From: Laetmonice hystrix
Taxonomy: Eukaryota
Direction of reading: 5' to 3'
Assembly: GCA_965235115.1 (NCBI GenBank)
Contig: OZ249450.1
Span: 15,438,001 to 15,502,000, forward strand
Length of the DNA: 64,000 nt
The translations under genes were made by a program, and so were the position numbers. The notes beneath the pieces were generated by a model. That model was not told the DNA's origin and did no database searches. It was given only the letters and a program-made list of their open reading frames with translations. This document shows, in pieces, positions 23,201-37,100 of the stretch (positions are counted from its first letter, which is position 1; each line of letters begins with the position of its first letter).

Positions 23201-25950
23201 AATAAATAAATATTAGGAGGTAAATTCTGTGAGATACAAGCACTCATTACAAGTGCAACATTGTATAGATACTTGTTTGGATGTAGGTGGTATTTAAGGA
23301 CAGTCCTGTAAAGAGACCAAGGGTATTATACTTCTAAGAGAACAAAATTGGCTATTCTAAAAAAAAAAAGATAAAAGAAATTTGCCATATGTATAACTTT
23401 TTAAACCTATTTTTGCATAGTCATTATAATCTACTAGTTTTGCATAATCATCTAAAGAGACAGGAGGTAACCCCATGGTCACTTTACAGTCCGGCAGGTA
23501 TAAAGTGGCTTACAGGTCAAGTAGAGCTATTGAGAACTATCTGAATCTTTATCAGTCATGACCTTTCATCACCACCTCTTTAGACCATTTACTACATGTA
23601 TACAATGTAGTCCTGGGAAAATCAGAGTAGAACATCAAAACCTTAAATAAGAAATTGCTTTTTGTAGATTTTACTCTCAGAATGCATGGAAAACACATCA
23701 ATATCTTTGACATGCTTTGTCTAATTTTGAAATTGGATTTAAAAAGCACACAGGCACTGGAAAGATACCCTTAGATATTTTCAAATAACTAATAGAATGA
23801 CCCATTGAACTTGCCTTGTAGCACAATGAGGTGGTAGATAGGGTCAGCGTATCAACCGTTGACCATGTTATGGTGTCATGATTGGTTTTGGAAAAGTGGT
23901 TCCGAGATGGTTTACAATGTGAAGAGGTCGAGGGGAGGGGGGCCTACAGTAAGTGTGGGGGAGCACTAGATAGTTGTTCGTGTGAGAACGGAGTAAAGGA
24001 TGCCTTTGGTCTTGTTTCAGGAAAATACTTGTTGAGCAGCTGACGTGGCGAGTTCGGAAACCCGTCACCAGGTGTCGCCGGTGACCTGCTTTGTAAAAAT
24101 TGGTTGACACTTGATTAAACCGTATAAATAAAATAGTTCTGCATCACACAAGATTTAGAGTAGGAATTAGTAGTCAGTATTGAAAATAGGGTACGGTGGG
24201 TCTTTTAACAGAACTTCATCTTTATTGAAATAGGGCTGTTTTCTCATGTGGAGGCTGGGCTTAAACATAATGTTCACGGCTTCAGACATATTCATGGTTT
24301 GTGACTCCCGTTCCAATGAGAGCAAAGTGAATGAAGAATGCTCCTTTCATAAGTGTCTTATTTGAAATTGACTCTGTGCATTATAATTTACGTTTCAGTA
24401 TTTTTTTCCTTCACATTTTATTTGGTATTTACATGACAAAAAAAAGCACAGTAAAAATGTTGACATTAAGAAAGGTGAAAGTCCATGGTTCAAGTCTGGA
24501 AAGCCTCTGTGTCTTGTAGGGTCCCACATGACAGGGCGGGCATTCACAGACTAGCATAGACACTCTCGCTGTGCTAACAGCCTGATGACACTGGCGCCAC
24601 TTGGGGTAAGGAGCCAGTGCATGCATCATTGGCATACATACTCGTATTTCATCCCCCACTGGATGCTTGCTCCCATTAGCAACAGAGCAAGGCCAAGTCA
24701 AGCATCTTCAACTATCATCCCACATACTTATAACTGGAGAAGGTGATATGAAACATAAATCAGGAAAATAAGGGGAAAATATGGCACAAAAGCTGGAAAA
24801 TAACGGGTTATCTCAGAGGATTCTATTGTTGGCGTTCGTAAAACTTTTGATAAATTTCACACGAGTGTTGATGAAAATACTTGTAAACATGGACTCTAAA
24901 TGTGATGGTACTATTTGGTATGTGATTGGACAGGGTTCTTGCCACTCAAAAAAGATGACAAATCATGTGATAATTGTAATCAAACAGTTAGATAGGCAGT
25001 GGTTCCTATTACATATGAATTACCTTGTGAATTAAAATAATATAATGCCAAATTGCAGGCAGAAACTAATAAAGAATGTGGGTTTTGTAGGTCAGCTTGC
25101 TGCGCCCCCTGGAGGAGGCCTCAGGATCAGGCGATGGCACAGAGACACAACGGTCGAAACCAAAGACAAAGTGAGTAGTTGTTTGTACTGAAGGTTGCAG
25201 TTTAAATCACCCAAATACGGTATATTCTTTGCAGTCTTGAAGCAAGTACCCTAGCAATTTTCATAACACAAATGAGAGAGGATATAGGATTGATATAATA
25301 TCGTTACACCTTTTTCATGCCTGGCAATTAGACTTATAATTATGAATTAAATAAAATTGATAAGTGTTTATATTTCAGGAAGGACCAGTTGGCAGCACAG
25401 CGCGAGTACAAACGTAAGAAGAACCAAAAGAAGGCCCAGCGTTTGAAGGCACTGGAGGAAGAACGTGAGACAGAGAAGAACAAGTGGATGGACTTTAACT
25501 CTCGGGTACGTCCTTTAGATTTAGGTTTTCTCACTAGCCTTTAAATGAATGGCGTAATTTTGAAGGAGGTGATGACGATATGTTTGTCATAGAAAAGTAG
25601 CATTGTTTAAACTTGTTTATACTTTACTCTAATAATAAAGGCAAAAAGGCAATGATTGTTTATGAAAAAATCTGAATGTCCACCAGGGCAAACTTGTCAG
25701 GAAATGAGAGGTAATAAGTTATGTGTACCAATCCAAAAGATTTGTCGCTTAGGCACTCAAAGATACCATGGTTTCATGTTCTGTCTTTCTCAATCTGCAG
25801 ACATTCTCAAAGACCAACAAAGGAAAGGTAAAAAGAAGCATCTTTGCAACACCCGATGCTGTAAATGGTCGTGTTGGTGTTGGAACCTGTGGAATTGGCG
25901 GTCGACCAATGACAAATTACACACATCAGGAGAAGTGGACCAAGAAATAG
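20224..25950 (+). CDS. SMNDC1: Survival motor neuron domain-containing 1 / splicing factor SPF30 (Tudor domain)
   Basis: Exons 20224-20274, 22164-22229, 22459-22625, 22890-22977, 25091-25170, 25379-25505 and 25801-25950, all GT-AG and phase-compatible. Peptides QQVEAAL..ENEDL.KLK.DLQ, Tudor W.AGDRCLAIWSED..YEATIDEI, QREYKRKK..KKAQR and KRSIFATPDAVNGRVGVGTCGI match human SMNDC1. Confidence 0.97.
22324..22375 (+). other. Candidate 52-nt poison (PTC-containing) cassette exon in SMNDC1 intron
   Basis: Acceptor attacttcatcattgccccaacag|, donor CTG|gtaaat, in-frame TAA at 22354-22356; flanking introns would be 94 and 83 nt. Confidence 0.45.
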
Positions 25951-28880
25951 TCTCTAGGTTCTAATTCATTGTTCAATGGGACATGAATATTTTTGTAATA
26001 TAAGATTCCACCTCATTGGTTCATTGCACCTTTTCCCCAATTTTGTACGTAGTAAAAGGACACTCTGAAAAGTATGTAAAGTTGTCTCTTCATTGAAGGT
26101 TTTTTATTCCTTAATTTTATTTATCCTTAAAAAGAAGCGTTTCTGGCTATTTGCTTTCTTTTGACCAAAGTGGAAAGTGAACTGTACAGCAGGCTCAGAA
26201 ATAAATGTACAAACTTACAAAGGTGACGATCCCACCTGGTAGTTATGTAAGAGATATTCTTTGCTGGACATGAATGCTGCAATTTCAACTTTTGCAGAAA
26301 TTAGCTCTTAAGTACCCAGGCGATTTGTAAGACTCTGGTTATAGTTATTTGTTATCAGTTGTACTCAAGATTGTGTTCAGGCCAGCTCAGCTAACAGTTT
26401 CACTGAAGTACATTGTACCGTAATCGATTTTATGAATAATTTTAAGTTCGCTTATAAAGTTGGGAAAATGCAAGATACTTGAAGTTGTATTGACATGCTG
26501 TAATTTATGTCATGAATAACAAATTGTTTGTAGTATATTAATTGTCAGCCATGTATTTCACAGAATAAATGTATTTAGCCTGTACTACTCGTGTACGTGT
26601 ACTTAACCATGTGAAAATGTCCAGCAGTATGAGTCAGAAGATTAAATGGGCCACTAAGATCCCCCTCTCCCCACCCAACATGTTTTTATCTTCAAAGTTG
26701 ATAAGATTGCATGTAGCAACACGCTGTTTCAGAGACAGTCAGCAATGGATTTATAACTATAATACAGCCTGGCATATGTTTTTGGAGTCCGTCTTTTAGG
26801 AAAATCAAAATCAAAGCCGATTTCCAGTCATTAATAGTAAACGTGATTTATTCAGGAAACTGTCTTGAATACAGTTTAATTTCAGCAGTAAGGTTTATTT
26901 ATGGTTGATGTCAGCACCAAAAATATCTCCTCACAAGGAGAAATGCAGGTTTTATTGCACAAAATTCATTGCACAACCTACCCATGTGATAAAACCCCTG
27001 TTTCCTTCTATATTCCTATATTGTTGACGTACACATCCAGCTGCCTTGAAGTTGGTAAAGAGCCAAAGGCGCTTTAAGAGCTGTAATGAGCAGTTAGACA
27101 GACAGACTAATATGGAAAACAAATAACATAACCCAGATATACCATGAAAAATACTTCGATCCTCCAGTAGCCATGAGTATCGCGAACCATTATTTCGCAG
27201 TCGCACTCAAAAACAGGCAGATTCGGATATAATTGCAGAGTTAAAAATTGCATACCAACGAACAGGTACTCATCCAGCGGGGCCCTGACACACACCTCAC
27301 CTCCCTACATGGACCGTTGTGCCCACTCGACAGAACTTGATCACAAGTGGATTATGCTGAGAAGCGTCGACATCAATTAATATTGATAATTCATGAAAAC
27401 TCAATCCTACAAACAAAGAGGTTGTATGAAAAAGACATACATACAGCTTCTAGGATTGTTTTAGCTAAACTCAAATTGGTCTAATTCTGATGTCAGATGG
27501 TCAAGCGATTTTAGGGCAGTGCATTTCAAGGGTAGTGCAGCTCCTTTGTCGTCATATGACATGGAACAATGTTTACTCCTGGCAAGTAAAATGTATTACA
27601 ATGTATATCAAACATGATCCACACACCAACATTAATGTAGGTACAGACATTAGGTACCGGTGTATATAATATAACAATTGTCAATTGGATTTACACAAAT
27701 ATTTGGACAGATGGCATGTCTCTCCCTCTTACTGGGCATAATCATTAACAATTTGAGTATATGATTCAATTTGTTATGGACAGTAACAATAACAAATAAA
27801 ATACTTGACAACATCCACTGACTAACCTCATCAGTTCAGCTTCTCAGAGCACTAATCCAACAAACATTCTACAATTTGAGAATACAGTGCTGACCAGTGT
27901 GTACCTAAATTCTAAACAATAAAGATAAGACCTAACGTACCTAAACCCATATCTAGATTGGTCTACGCTGAACACTGCCTATTTCCCGGTATCAAAGTGA
28001 CTATTTTTGGCTGGCTGAAAATGACGCTCACATCTACCATCATTGAGCCGTCTTTTTCTTTTACTAATGCGTTACATGATGCAATGCTGTGCATTTACAT
28101 GTATATAAAGAGCATGAGCACAAGACTCTATACAATGATGCCATGTTGCTGTATGAATACCTATTTGATAATAGCGTGGAATGCAGAAAGCTTAGACCGT
28201 AGTGTTGGAGCTGATGATGCCCATAACTTGCACCTTTGGTATTGGGTCAAACATCTACTGAAAAACTACCGGTAACCCGATTCAAATTTAAAGTGACAGA
28301 AGACACTGTTATGGAGAAAAACAAAGGTAGCTTACAATTTGCTCCCAGCAACTTACAATACCCACATCCATTTTATCACTCAATAGGCCAGTATAATTTT
28401 CAATACCTCATTGGTAGTCTTCAAATAAATTCAATACATACTTTGAAATTTCATTATGATTGCTTTAATCCTTGCACCCATTGCTAAAAGTCTGATATCA
28501 TTTGCAAAGCTAAGCTTTAACATTTGAGTTTCTACAAGAATATTAAGGCAGATAACCATGTAAATAAGCCATAGAGATGGCCTCAATAACAGTACAGTGT
28601 ATTTAAAGTTTGGAATTCTTGTAATACTGGCAGACATTCCTTCAACACCAGACATGCACCCTTTTATCCAATAACCATACAAAATTTCATTAGGACTGGG
28701 AATGTTGAGCCATTTTACAACAGTCATCGGTCACACTCAAAAATGATGTAGACATGAATATTTCCAAGATGTCTCTGTTATGTACAAAGTCCTTGATGGT
28801 ATTGTGTAGAGGAACAGAGTGTATTCTTGATACGATTGTGACCAAGTAACTAGATCTACATGTGTCATGGTTATAATTTA

Positions 28881-31800
28881 CTAGCAACATGAAGATTTAG
28901 ACTCTCTACCACCTAAAGGATCTCCTAGTGCCACTCTCTCCCCATCAGCACGCTCCTCTGTGTATCCCATGGACTGATCGTTCTGGAGAATCTACAAACA
29001 CAGTAAAAGTAATCCTGCACAAAAACTACAACTAAAATCATTCAGGAGCAATTTCATTGAATTTAAGCACGATTACTTCATTAGTACCATTCATAAATTT
29101 CATTCAAAGAAATAAAATCCAATACACCTGAACGGCAACAAGTCCCTTTAAACCACACTAATATTATGTTATCTTATAGAAAAGGACGTGCTATATCTCC
29201 ATTTCCAAAGGTTAGAAAAAGGTAGAACTCACTTTTGAGACTAAACATCTTGCAGCGTCATCAATGTTGATATTTTCCTTTGCTGAAGTTTCGAACCAAG
29301 ACACGAATCCCTTGTCTCTGCAGTACTCGGCCATCTGAGATGTGTTGTTGACAAGTCCTTCCTTGGCTTGGTCACACTAGACAATAACCATTACATGATT
29401 TAACATCAATTTTCTATGTATAATTTAGACTAGGATAATCATGCAAAAGCAAAACAACACATAAGTAAATAATTAAAAATACTGAAAAGTTAGGAATTAG
29501 ATATCAATTAACATCATATGTACAATATATAATTTCATATGCAAGTACTGTACATATTGATAAATAAAAAAAAGAATGTTACATTGGAAAAGTGACAAAG
29601 CCATGCCAAACAACAACATTCTATATGATAAATCAGTGAGCCTAACAGATGGGTACTAGTGATTTAAAACCTATGATAGGTAACATGGGAGGCACTCGTG
29701 ATGAGACTGGTGAGGTTTAAGTACAACCATAGCCTGGAGGGAACTTGATATGTACCGTACATAGCCTTTATCATGTGTGGGAAGTTTTGCTTTTATCAAG
29801 AGACTTAACCAACAATGCTCAATTATTGAATTAATGGCTGATCTAAGAAATCTGATCAATGGTATAATTTATAAGAACCCACTCATGAGCTTGCTGCAAA
29901 CTTTTTAGTTTAACTTGATTTGTGGAAATGACCTTTGTAGACTAACATGTAACAAATGTGCTATGACGTCCAACTCTCTAAGTACCTTGTTGGCAAGAAG
30001 CACACATGGCACTGATGTACCGTCGGGAAGCTGTACTTTACTGTCGAGATCATTCTTCCACTTCTGTACAGCTTCAAAGGTGGATGCACGGGTGACGTCA
30101 AACACAATGAAACAGCCAACAGCTTCTTTGTAATAGACCCGCGTCATGTTGCCAAATCTCTCCTGGCCTAGCACAGACAGAAGAGCCACATGGTGCATAC
30201 ATTTTGACATTTGACATATAACTCTACAGTTCATGACCTGATGCCTAAAGGCATTTTCAACATGTCACTTCTTTATGTAACTCATAATTTATTAATTCAC
30301 TTCATTTAAAAGTACAGTGGACTGGTTTAAAAAAAGGCTTTTCCCTCTCAATCAATTATTATGCATAATACTTTAATATGGTTCTTTTTAATATTTTAAA
30401 TTCACCAGGTTAGAAATAAAAGTATTTGAGATGTTAAAAGCATGTGTTTGCATGGACAGGTTTAAGTACATATATATTTACAAACCCATTGACAATAAGA
30501 GTCATGACGTTTACTACTGGCAGGTTTCACCATAATGGGTGTCCTCTTCACCGAGGTACCAACTTGAGAGGTTGTCCTTACCTGCTATGTCCCATAACTG
30601 TAACCGTATAAGGGTGTCAGCATCCCAGTTGATGACTTTCAGAGCAAAGTCAACCCCTATCTGAGATATACAATTAAGGTACAGACTAGGGCATGAAAAG
30701 TGGTGTACACTAAACTGCTACATTTATTTCCCATGTAATCATTTAGGGTCAAACTTGGGACAGAACCCCAAACAATTTTCCTGTCTCATTATGAAGAATG
30801 GTACAGCACAGGCACCTCAACTCAGTTACACATTTGAAATTAAGGAATTCTATATCAATTGTTCCTTGCCTAAAGATTAGTTAACTGCCAAACTATTTTC
30901 ATGACTCAACTTTTGTTCACAAGGATACAGTTGCCCTGTAGTGTTGAGAAAAGAACTGGTGGACGTATCGCTTGATGATGCTCGTCTTCCCTGTACCTAA
31001 CTCCCCAATAACCAGCACTTTGTATAAGTGTTCTCGTTTTTCTCCTCCAGCTGCCTGGAATGAAAGATAGAGAAAGAAATACAAAATGTAGTTAAATACT
31101 GGAACACATATCCTTTCTTAGATAAAGCAGTGCAAAAACCTTTGCTTTCAACTATTTAAACTAGACCAATCCATGATATCCTGAACACCCATTTTCATTT
31201 TAAGTAAATGTGTTAAACGGTGAAGTAGGTAGCGTCTATCTATATGGGTGGGGGGGGGCAGAATCTCTCGGAAGTCATTTGTTCCTACACGTGCTCGAGA
31301 AGTTATCAGTACACACCTTGACCTACATTTCTGTGTATATGAGATTTTTCTCTTGTGTTCTATTTTTTTTTCTAATTCAAGGGTCGATATCCAAGTTGTT
31401 CATATTGTTTCAACTTTTATACTCTGTATAAAGTATATCAGAATTTTGAAGGGCCAATTGGTGACTACAATTATAAAATGACTACTGCTGGGTCAGGAAA
31501 AGTAAGGACAACTTTGTAATTAGTCAAGAAATTTCAACATTTGTCAAATTTAATGTCAGTAAAAAATCATGGAAACAATACAGTCAGCTAAGGGGGGTGC
31601 TAGCAAAACAACAACACAAACTATTATAATAGTGCTAAAAAAAAGTCATGATCAAGAAACTGAGCCAAGTCAGGAAAATTTCAGGAAGCTTCAGTGCTGA
31701 TCCTTTATGGCAAAAGGACCCTCAAAATACGCTGCCAGTGGGCAGATTATCATGAATTAAATTCCATTGGCAACCCATATGGTTTTTGAATCATGTACAA

Positions 31801-33000
31801 AGCTCTCTAGATGCTTATATCATACATTTGTCACATCAATACCTTTCAAGATTATCCCATCAGTGGTCAATCTATATGGCTGAGATAATTACTGTATTAA
31901 AGCAACCTCTGTCATCAACATTGTTCCATGTCCTCATTAATATCAGTATTATTTTTGTCAAACTATACAACATCTAGGTTAGGAAACCATCAAGTCTTTT
32001 ATTGAATAACAAAGAAAACTAAGCTTGTAAGAAATGAGCCAAAGGTAGTTTGAAGGTGGCTTGAAGAAAATAGGCCTACCATGCAGGGAGCTGGAATAAA
32101 TGTTACACATTCATTCCATATTCCATCACTTTAACCTATCCAGTGGGGGCAGGGGTGGTTGCTGTTAGTCTGTACTTACACACTTGATATCATACATATA
32201 CCGTACATTAAGGCAGAGTGTATACTGGTCATATAAGGAGGGGGAAGCAAAAGACAAGACATGCTCTATGGTTCTGATATATTATGAGCTTGATAGATAT
32301 TTAATTTTCAAATTAATTCTGGTTTAACCCTATTGCAGTGACTTTTGTGATGACACAATTCCTAGTAGGCCTGGCTTATTGTGACGAAGTACACTATAGA
32401 GGCAGAGACTTTGACGGACTGGGATTCAAACTTTTGGGCCTGGAATTTGATCCGATATTTTTTAATGTTATCATGCTTTCCCTATTAATAATATTAATTA
32501 ACGTTGCAGTTATACTCACAGTGATTCTCATCAAAATACTCCTGAATATAAACGGCTCATATTGACAATGATTCACTCACAATAGATATATTATCCATTT
32601 GAAAAGTTAATTACAATAATTACCAGTAGGTCTAATCATAATGACCTTGGCTTGGTTTATTCTCTGATAATCATTGATTTGTCAATTAATATAACTAATA
32701 CTAATAGTAGGCTCTATCGTATGATTTCGCTAAAAATGGGGCTGATGATATTGGCTATAGATTCACATTCACGATCACTGCACTTCAGTCTTCAGCTTGA
32801 AATTGAACTTCACCCAGTCAAGGCTGGGTTGTTGTGGTTGTAGGCCCTACTCAGGTAGCCAACTTGGGTTGGGCCAGTTGCAGTTGGGGGCAAGCTACTT
32901 TTTCATTTGTAAAACGTTTCCCTGGTTTCTAAGTCAAGACTAACAACACTCCTATAGTTAACTTTTTGGTACCTCAGGTGAAAACTGTGGAACTTACCAT
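28881..33000 (-). CDS. RAB32: Ras-related protein Rab-32/Rab-38
   Basis: Exons 32998-33000 (ATG only, |gtaagt), 30929-31054, 30582-30660, 29986-30167, 29233-29376 and 28881-28991. Motifs KREHLYKVLVIGELGTGKTS, family-diagnostic WDIAGQERFGNMTRVYYKEA, LLANKCD, WFETSAKEN and C-terminal CC prenylation site. Confidence 0.96.
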
Positions 33001-33102
33001 TACAAGTGTACAGACAGGCCTTGTTTCTGTGTTGAAAACAGTGTTGCAATCACAAAGTCCAACTCCAAAACGCTTCACTCACATCTATTATTTGGATGGC
33101 TG

Positions 33103-33208
33103 TCACATGATGTGCCTACGAAAGTAGGCCGGGAAACCTCTCACGTGATCAGGGATTCCCCGGCAGAAATTATGACGTCACTATTGACACATTTACGGTG
33201 CCGGAAGT
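33103..33208. promoter_or_regulatory. Compact bidirectional promoter, RAB32 (-) / SLC22A18-like (+)
   Basis: TCACATGA (M-box) 33103-33110, TCACGTGA (E-box/CLEAR core) 33141-33148, GGGATTCCCC (kappaB) 33152-33161, TGACGTCA (CRE) 33173-33180, CCGGAAGT (ETS) 33201-33208. Non-coding exon donor TCG|gtaagt at 33323. Confidence 0.7.
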
Positions 33209-34145
33209 AGATGGAATGTTTTGAAAAAGTTACACGTGTCGAACTGACAGTGGGATGATAATGATCAGTCACATGTCAATTATACACAACTACCAGCTTG
33301 AATACAACTTTGTCTTGGGGTCGGTAAGTGCCTGGGACTCCTTTGGCTTTGTATGTATGGCCACAGTGCGTCATACACTACAGAACCAGAGCAGAGGGGG
33401 CGGTCGTCAGGGCCGAAAATTGCTTGGCATTGAATTTGAATGCTAACGTTACCCTCTGCTAAATCGCCCCCCCCCCCAGAAAAAACAACAAAAAACTGCT
33501 GGGATGGGGGGGGGGGGGGAGAGGGGGGAGAGGAGGGGGGGAGATGCCTGTTTTTTTTTCTTCTGGCCAAACTTTTTTTTTTACTTCCAACGATAAAACT
33601 AAACTTTTTATTTCTCCCTGATCAAAAGCAAACAATTTTTCCCCTGAGGCTGAGGGGGCAGAGTGCCAGAGACAAACTTTTTTCATTTAGGGGTCTCATA
33701 TATTGTTATCCTGTAAATTCCTGTTTCACAGAGGTTAAAGAAAATCTCCTGTTCCTAGATCTCATCTTTAATACAGTAGGAATATCAGATGCGAACAATC
33801 CTTTCGTTCGCTTGTCGTTCACCTAAAATTTTGCAAGCCTGGGATGACAGGTGAACGGTCGTTTCGTTCGCCTGTCGGTTACCTAAAATAAAAAACAGGG
33901 GAACGAAAAATGGGTTACGCAAATTTCCCTTAATTTCAGGCCTGAATATATGACTGTAGATCTACTGTAGCTTTGAACCATGCAGTACTTTTATAATATG
34001 GTCTACTATTATTAGGGTATAAAACAAATTTCATGTTCTAGTCCAATTGTCTTCACAGATTAGATTTGTCACATTTTGTGGCCTTTCAAATGTTAGGTTG
34101 ATGTTAGGTCCACAAATTAATGGCCATTGTTGTCTACTAGCAGCC

Positions 34146-37100
34146 ATGAAATTACGATCAGGAGTGAAGACTACGCCCAGTGAAGAGGGTATGGGATCGG
34201 ATAGAGGTGACAAGGCAGCCATGGAGTCCCTGGACCACACTGTGACATTCTTCAGATTCAGGTTCAACTATGTAGTCGTGGTCACCCATTTCAACATTTT
34301 TCTCTATGCATCATGCTTTTTCATACAAATTGGAACATTACCAGTGAGTATATGATAAATTTGAGGCAGTTTTGAACTCAGAAGAATGTCATGAGAAACC
34401 TAATGAAGCCTCCAAAGACATTGCACCGATTTTGTAGCATGATATTTTTTAAATTTTACCATTCTGATTTTTAGCCTTCATGTTGAATGATGGTTTATTG
34501 AGCAGTCTTGATTACATGTGTGCATTGTACATTGAATTACACGAGTACTATAATAATTTCAGTATCTCAGCAAGAAGCTTGGTGTGGATGTCACCATGTT
34601 TGGGTACCTGCAGACAATGTTTGCTGTGGTACAACTGTGCGGAGGTCCCCTCTTTGGTCGTTTTGGGGATCTGTTTGGCGGCCGAGCAGCGTTGACTTTG
34701 GCATTTGCATCTGCAGCATTAAGTTATGGCCTCATGGGATTTGCATACAGTTTTCCAGCACTTTTGTTGTCAAGACTACCTTCCATTTTCATGCATGCAA
34801 TGCAAGGTATGCATTTTATAATTTTCTAGATTTTCTTTCTTGTCAGTGTTTCAGTTCCACTTATATTTCAGTAGAGAAGCCACACATTTTTCTCTACACA
34901 TTTGTTTGGCCTCTGAATATTTTCCCCATGTTTTTTTTTCAGTTTTATTAAATGTAATAGCCAGCATGTATAATCTCTGCGAGATATCATCTAAGTAAAT
35001 GTATTTGATTTTATGGGGACTGTTTCCTACTAGGTGGTCAGATGGTTGTGACAGATTTGACAGATTCCTCACAGCGAGCAGATGCTCTTGGAAAACTGGG
35101 TGTGTCCTATGGTGTTGGCATGGTAGTCGGACCATTTATAGGAGGAATAATTAACACACAATTTGGGTAAGATAGTGTTATCCTAGACAATCATTAAATT
35201 TTTAATCTAAACATTTGAGTAATAGCCTGTATTAGACTTTTTTTTCTGTCTTCATAGTGTCAATTATGAGAGGAGTAAAACTTTGAAAGTGACAAATCAT
35301 GTACTTTGATCATTTACTCTACAAAGTACAATATTAAAATACTGTGCATGCACTGCTGTGTACTAACAGGGAGCACCAGGCAGCCCTCGTGGCGTGTGCA
35401 GGATCATTATTCAGTATGGTTATGGTGAGGCTGACACTCCCCTCCCACACCAAGAAGAGTCCTGTCACAACTGACGATGAAGGTATTAGTTTCAAAGCAA
35501 AAAGATTCCAAAGCTATTTTGTTAAGAAAAGGAATTTTTCTAAAAAGTTGAGTTTCACCATGGGATAATTTGTTGAGGCCCCAATTAATTACTTCTTAGC
35601 AACACAACATGTAAATATTTTGCATTTATAGGGAAATCAAAAACATCTGTCTTCAACTTCAAGAAAATATTCTCCCTCCTGCGGGGCAACCCTCAGGCAT
35701 TAACACTGCTGACCATTAAGACTGTGATAGGTAAGGTTTATAGTCATATACCTTTCTACATATAATTATACCTAAAATGTATAAATTTGTATAAATCAAA
35801 AAGTCTGATTCATCCTAAAATAGGAATCTCTGCAGAGTATGGCCCATCTTACAATTTTTTCTAAGACATCAGAGTAGACGTGTAAAAAATTATTTAATGC
35901 ATTAAGTATTAGGTGTCTCGAGAACAAAACGAGCATTATTTTAATCATAAGTGATATTATTATGTTGTTAACTGAGACTGTGAGTCACAGAGTGTGAGCA
36001 CTGTATCAGCAACATTACTCGGTGCAGATGGTGATAGTTGCTATGATGCTAGGCGTGGCAGTAACCATAATATTTATTTGTTCTGTATCATTAATGAATG
36101 TGAACCAGTAAGAAGGGTGAACTCGTGCAATCCGTAATATACCTTTGATTGCAGGAATACCACTAGGTATTTTCCAAAGCATGTTTAGTATATTTGCCAT
36201 GGAGAAGTTCCGACTGGCAGCCGACCAGAATGGTTACATTATGTCCTACATTGGCATAGTGTCCATGGTGAGTTAGAAACACACCCACTGCATGATGGAC
36301 ACTTGGACTGTGCAAACTTCAACTGTTATCATTTTTGTTTGATCTCTTCCAGTTGTTTGCGTTTTTGTTGTGTTTTCTTCCCCTCAGTTATTTTGATCAT
36401 ATATTTTTACTGCTTTGGTTAAAGGTTCCTAATTTTCGCAGCTTTTTAATGCACGTTGTGTGTTTGATGGCCAGGAATTCCTCTGGGGTTGTGGCAAAGC
36501 ATTATGGGAATGGTCACACTGGAGGTGTTTCAGCTTGAGCCCCACCAGAACGGCTACATCACTTCGTATGTGGGCGTCATGGCCATGGTTAGTCTTACAT
36601 CTACAAATGCTTTGTCAGTAGAAGCCCCAGATTGAAAATTTTAAGGACTTTAGGTACTGAAACTTCTGTTTTACTATTGTCCTTTGTCAGAAATATTACC
36701 AAGCCATGCTTGCTGGAGAAGGTTTTTTTTTCACTCCAAAGAGGATTCCCACCCCTTTGTCATTCTCGGGGGAGCCATCATTAGCACCTAATACTGTGCT
36801 TCAAAATGCATAATTGTAGTAGCACATTAATGTTTAATGCTAGAGCTCTTTCCCATTCTTCATTTCATCAGCAAATTACTAACATTCATTGAGAATGCAA
36901 AAATGTTTTATTATTAATTCAAGTTTTATTAGTTGAATATTTAATTGCTATTTATTTGTTTGAATATTGTGGAAATGCCCCAAGATTAAGAGAGACATTT
37001 ACCAGTATTCGGGCAAGGGCCGGGGGATTGGGGTAACATGATTGAGGCTCTCTCATTTATAAGGCTTGATATTTGAGATTTCCCAATGAGAGATATTGTG

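Noticed and set aside
24020-24605. Two more stop-containing pseudo-exons in the long SMNDC1 intron (about 24021-24072 and 24520-24605)
   Set aside because: Such AG..GT pairs are expected by chance in a 2-kb intron and have no independent support.
32080-32082. Second ATG|gt (gtaggc) that could be an alternative RAB32 first exon
   Set aside because: The donor is weaker, it is created by a TAGGCCTA motif, and no promoter motifs are nearby.
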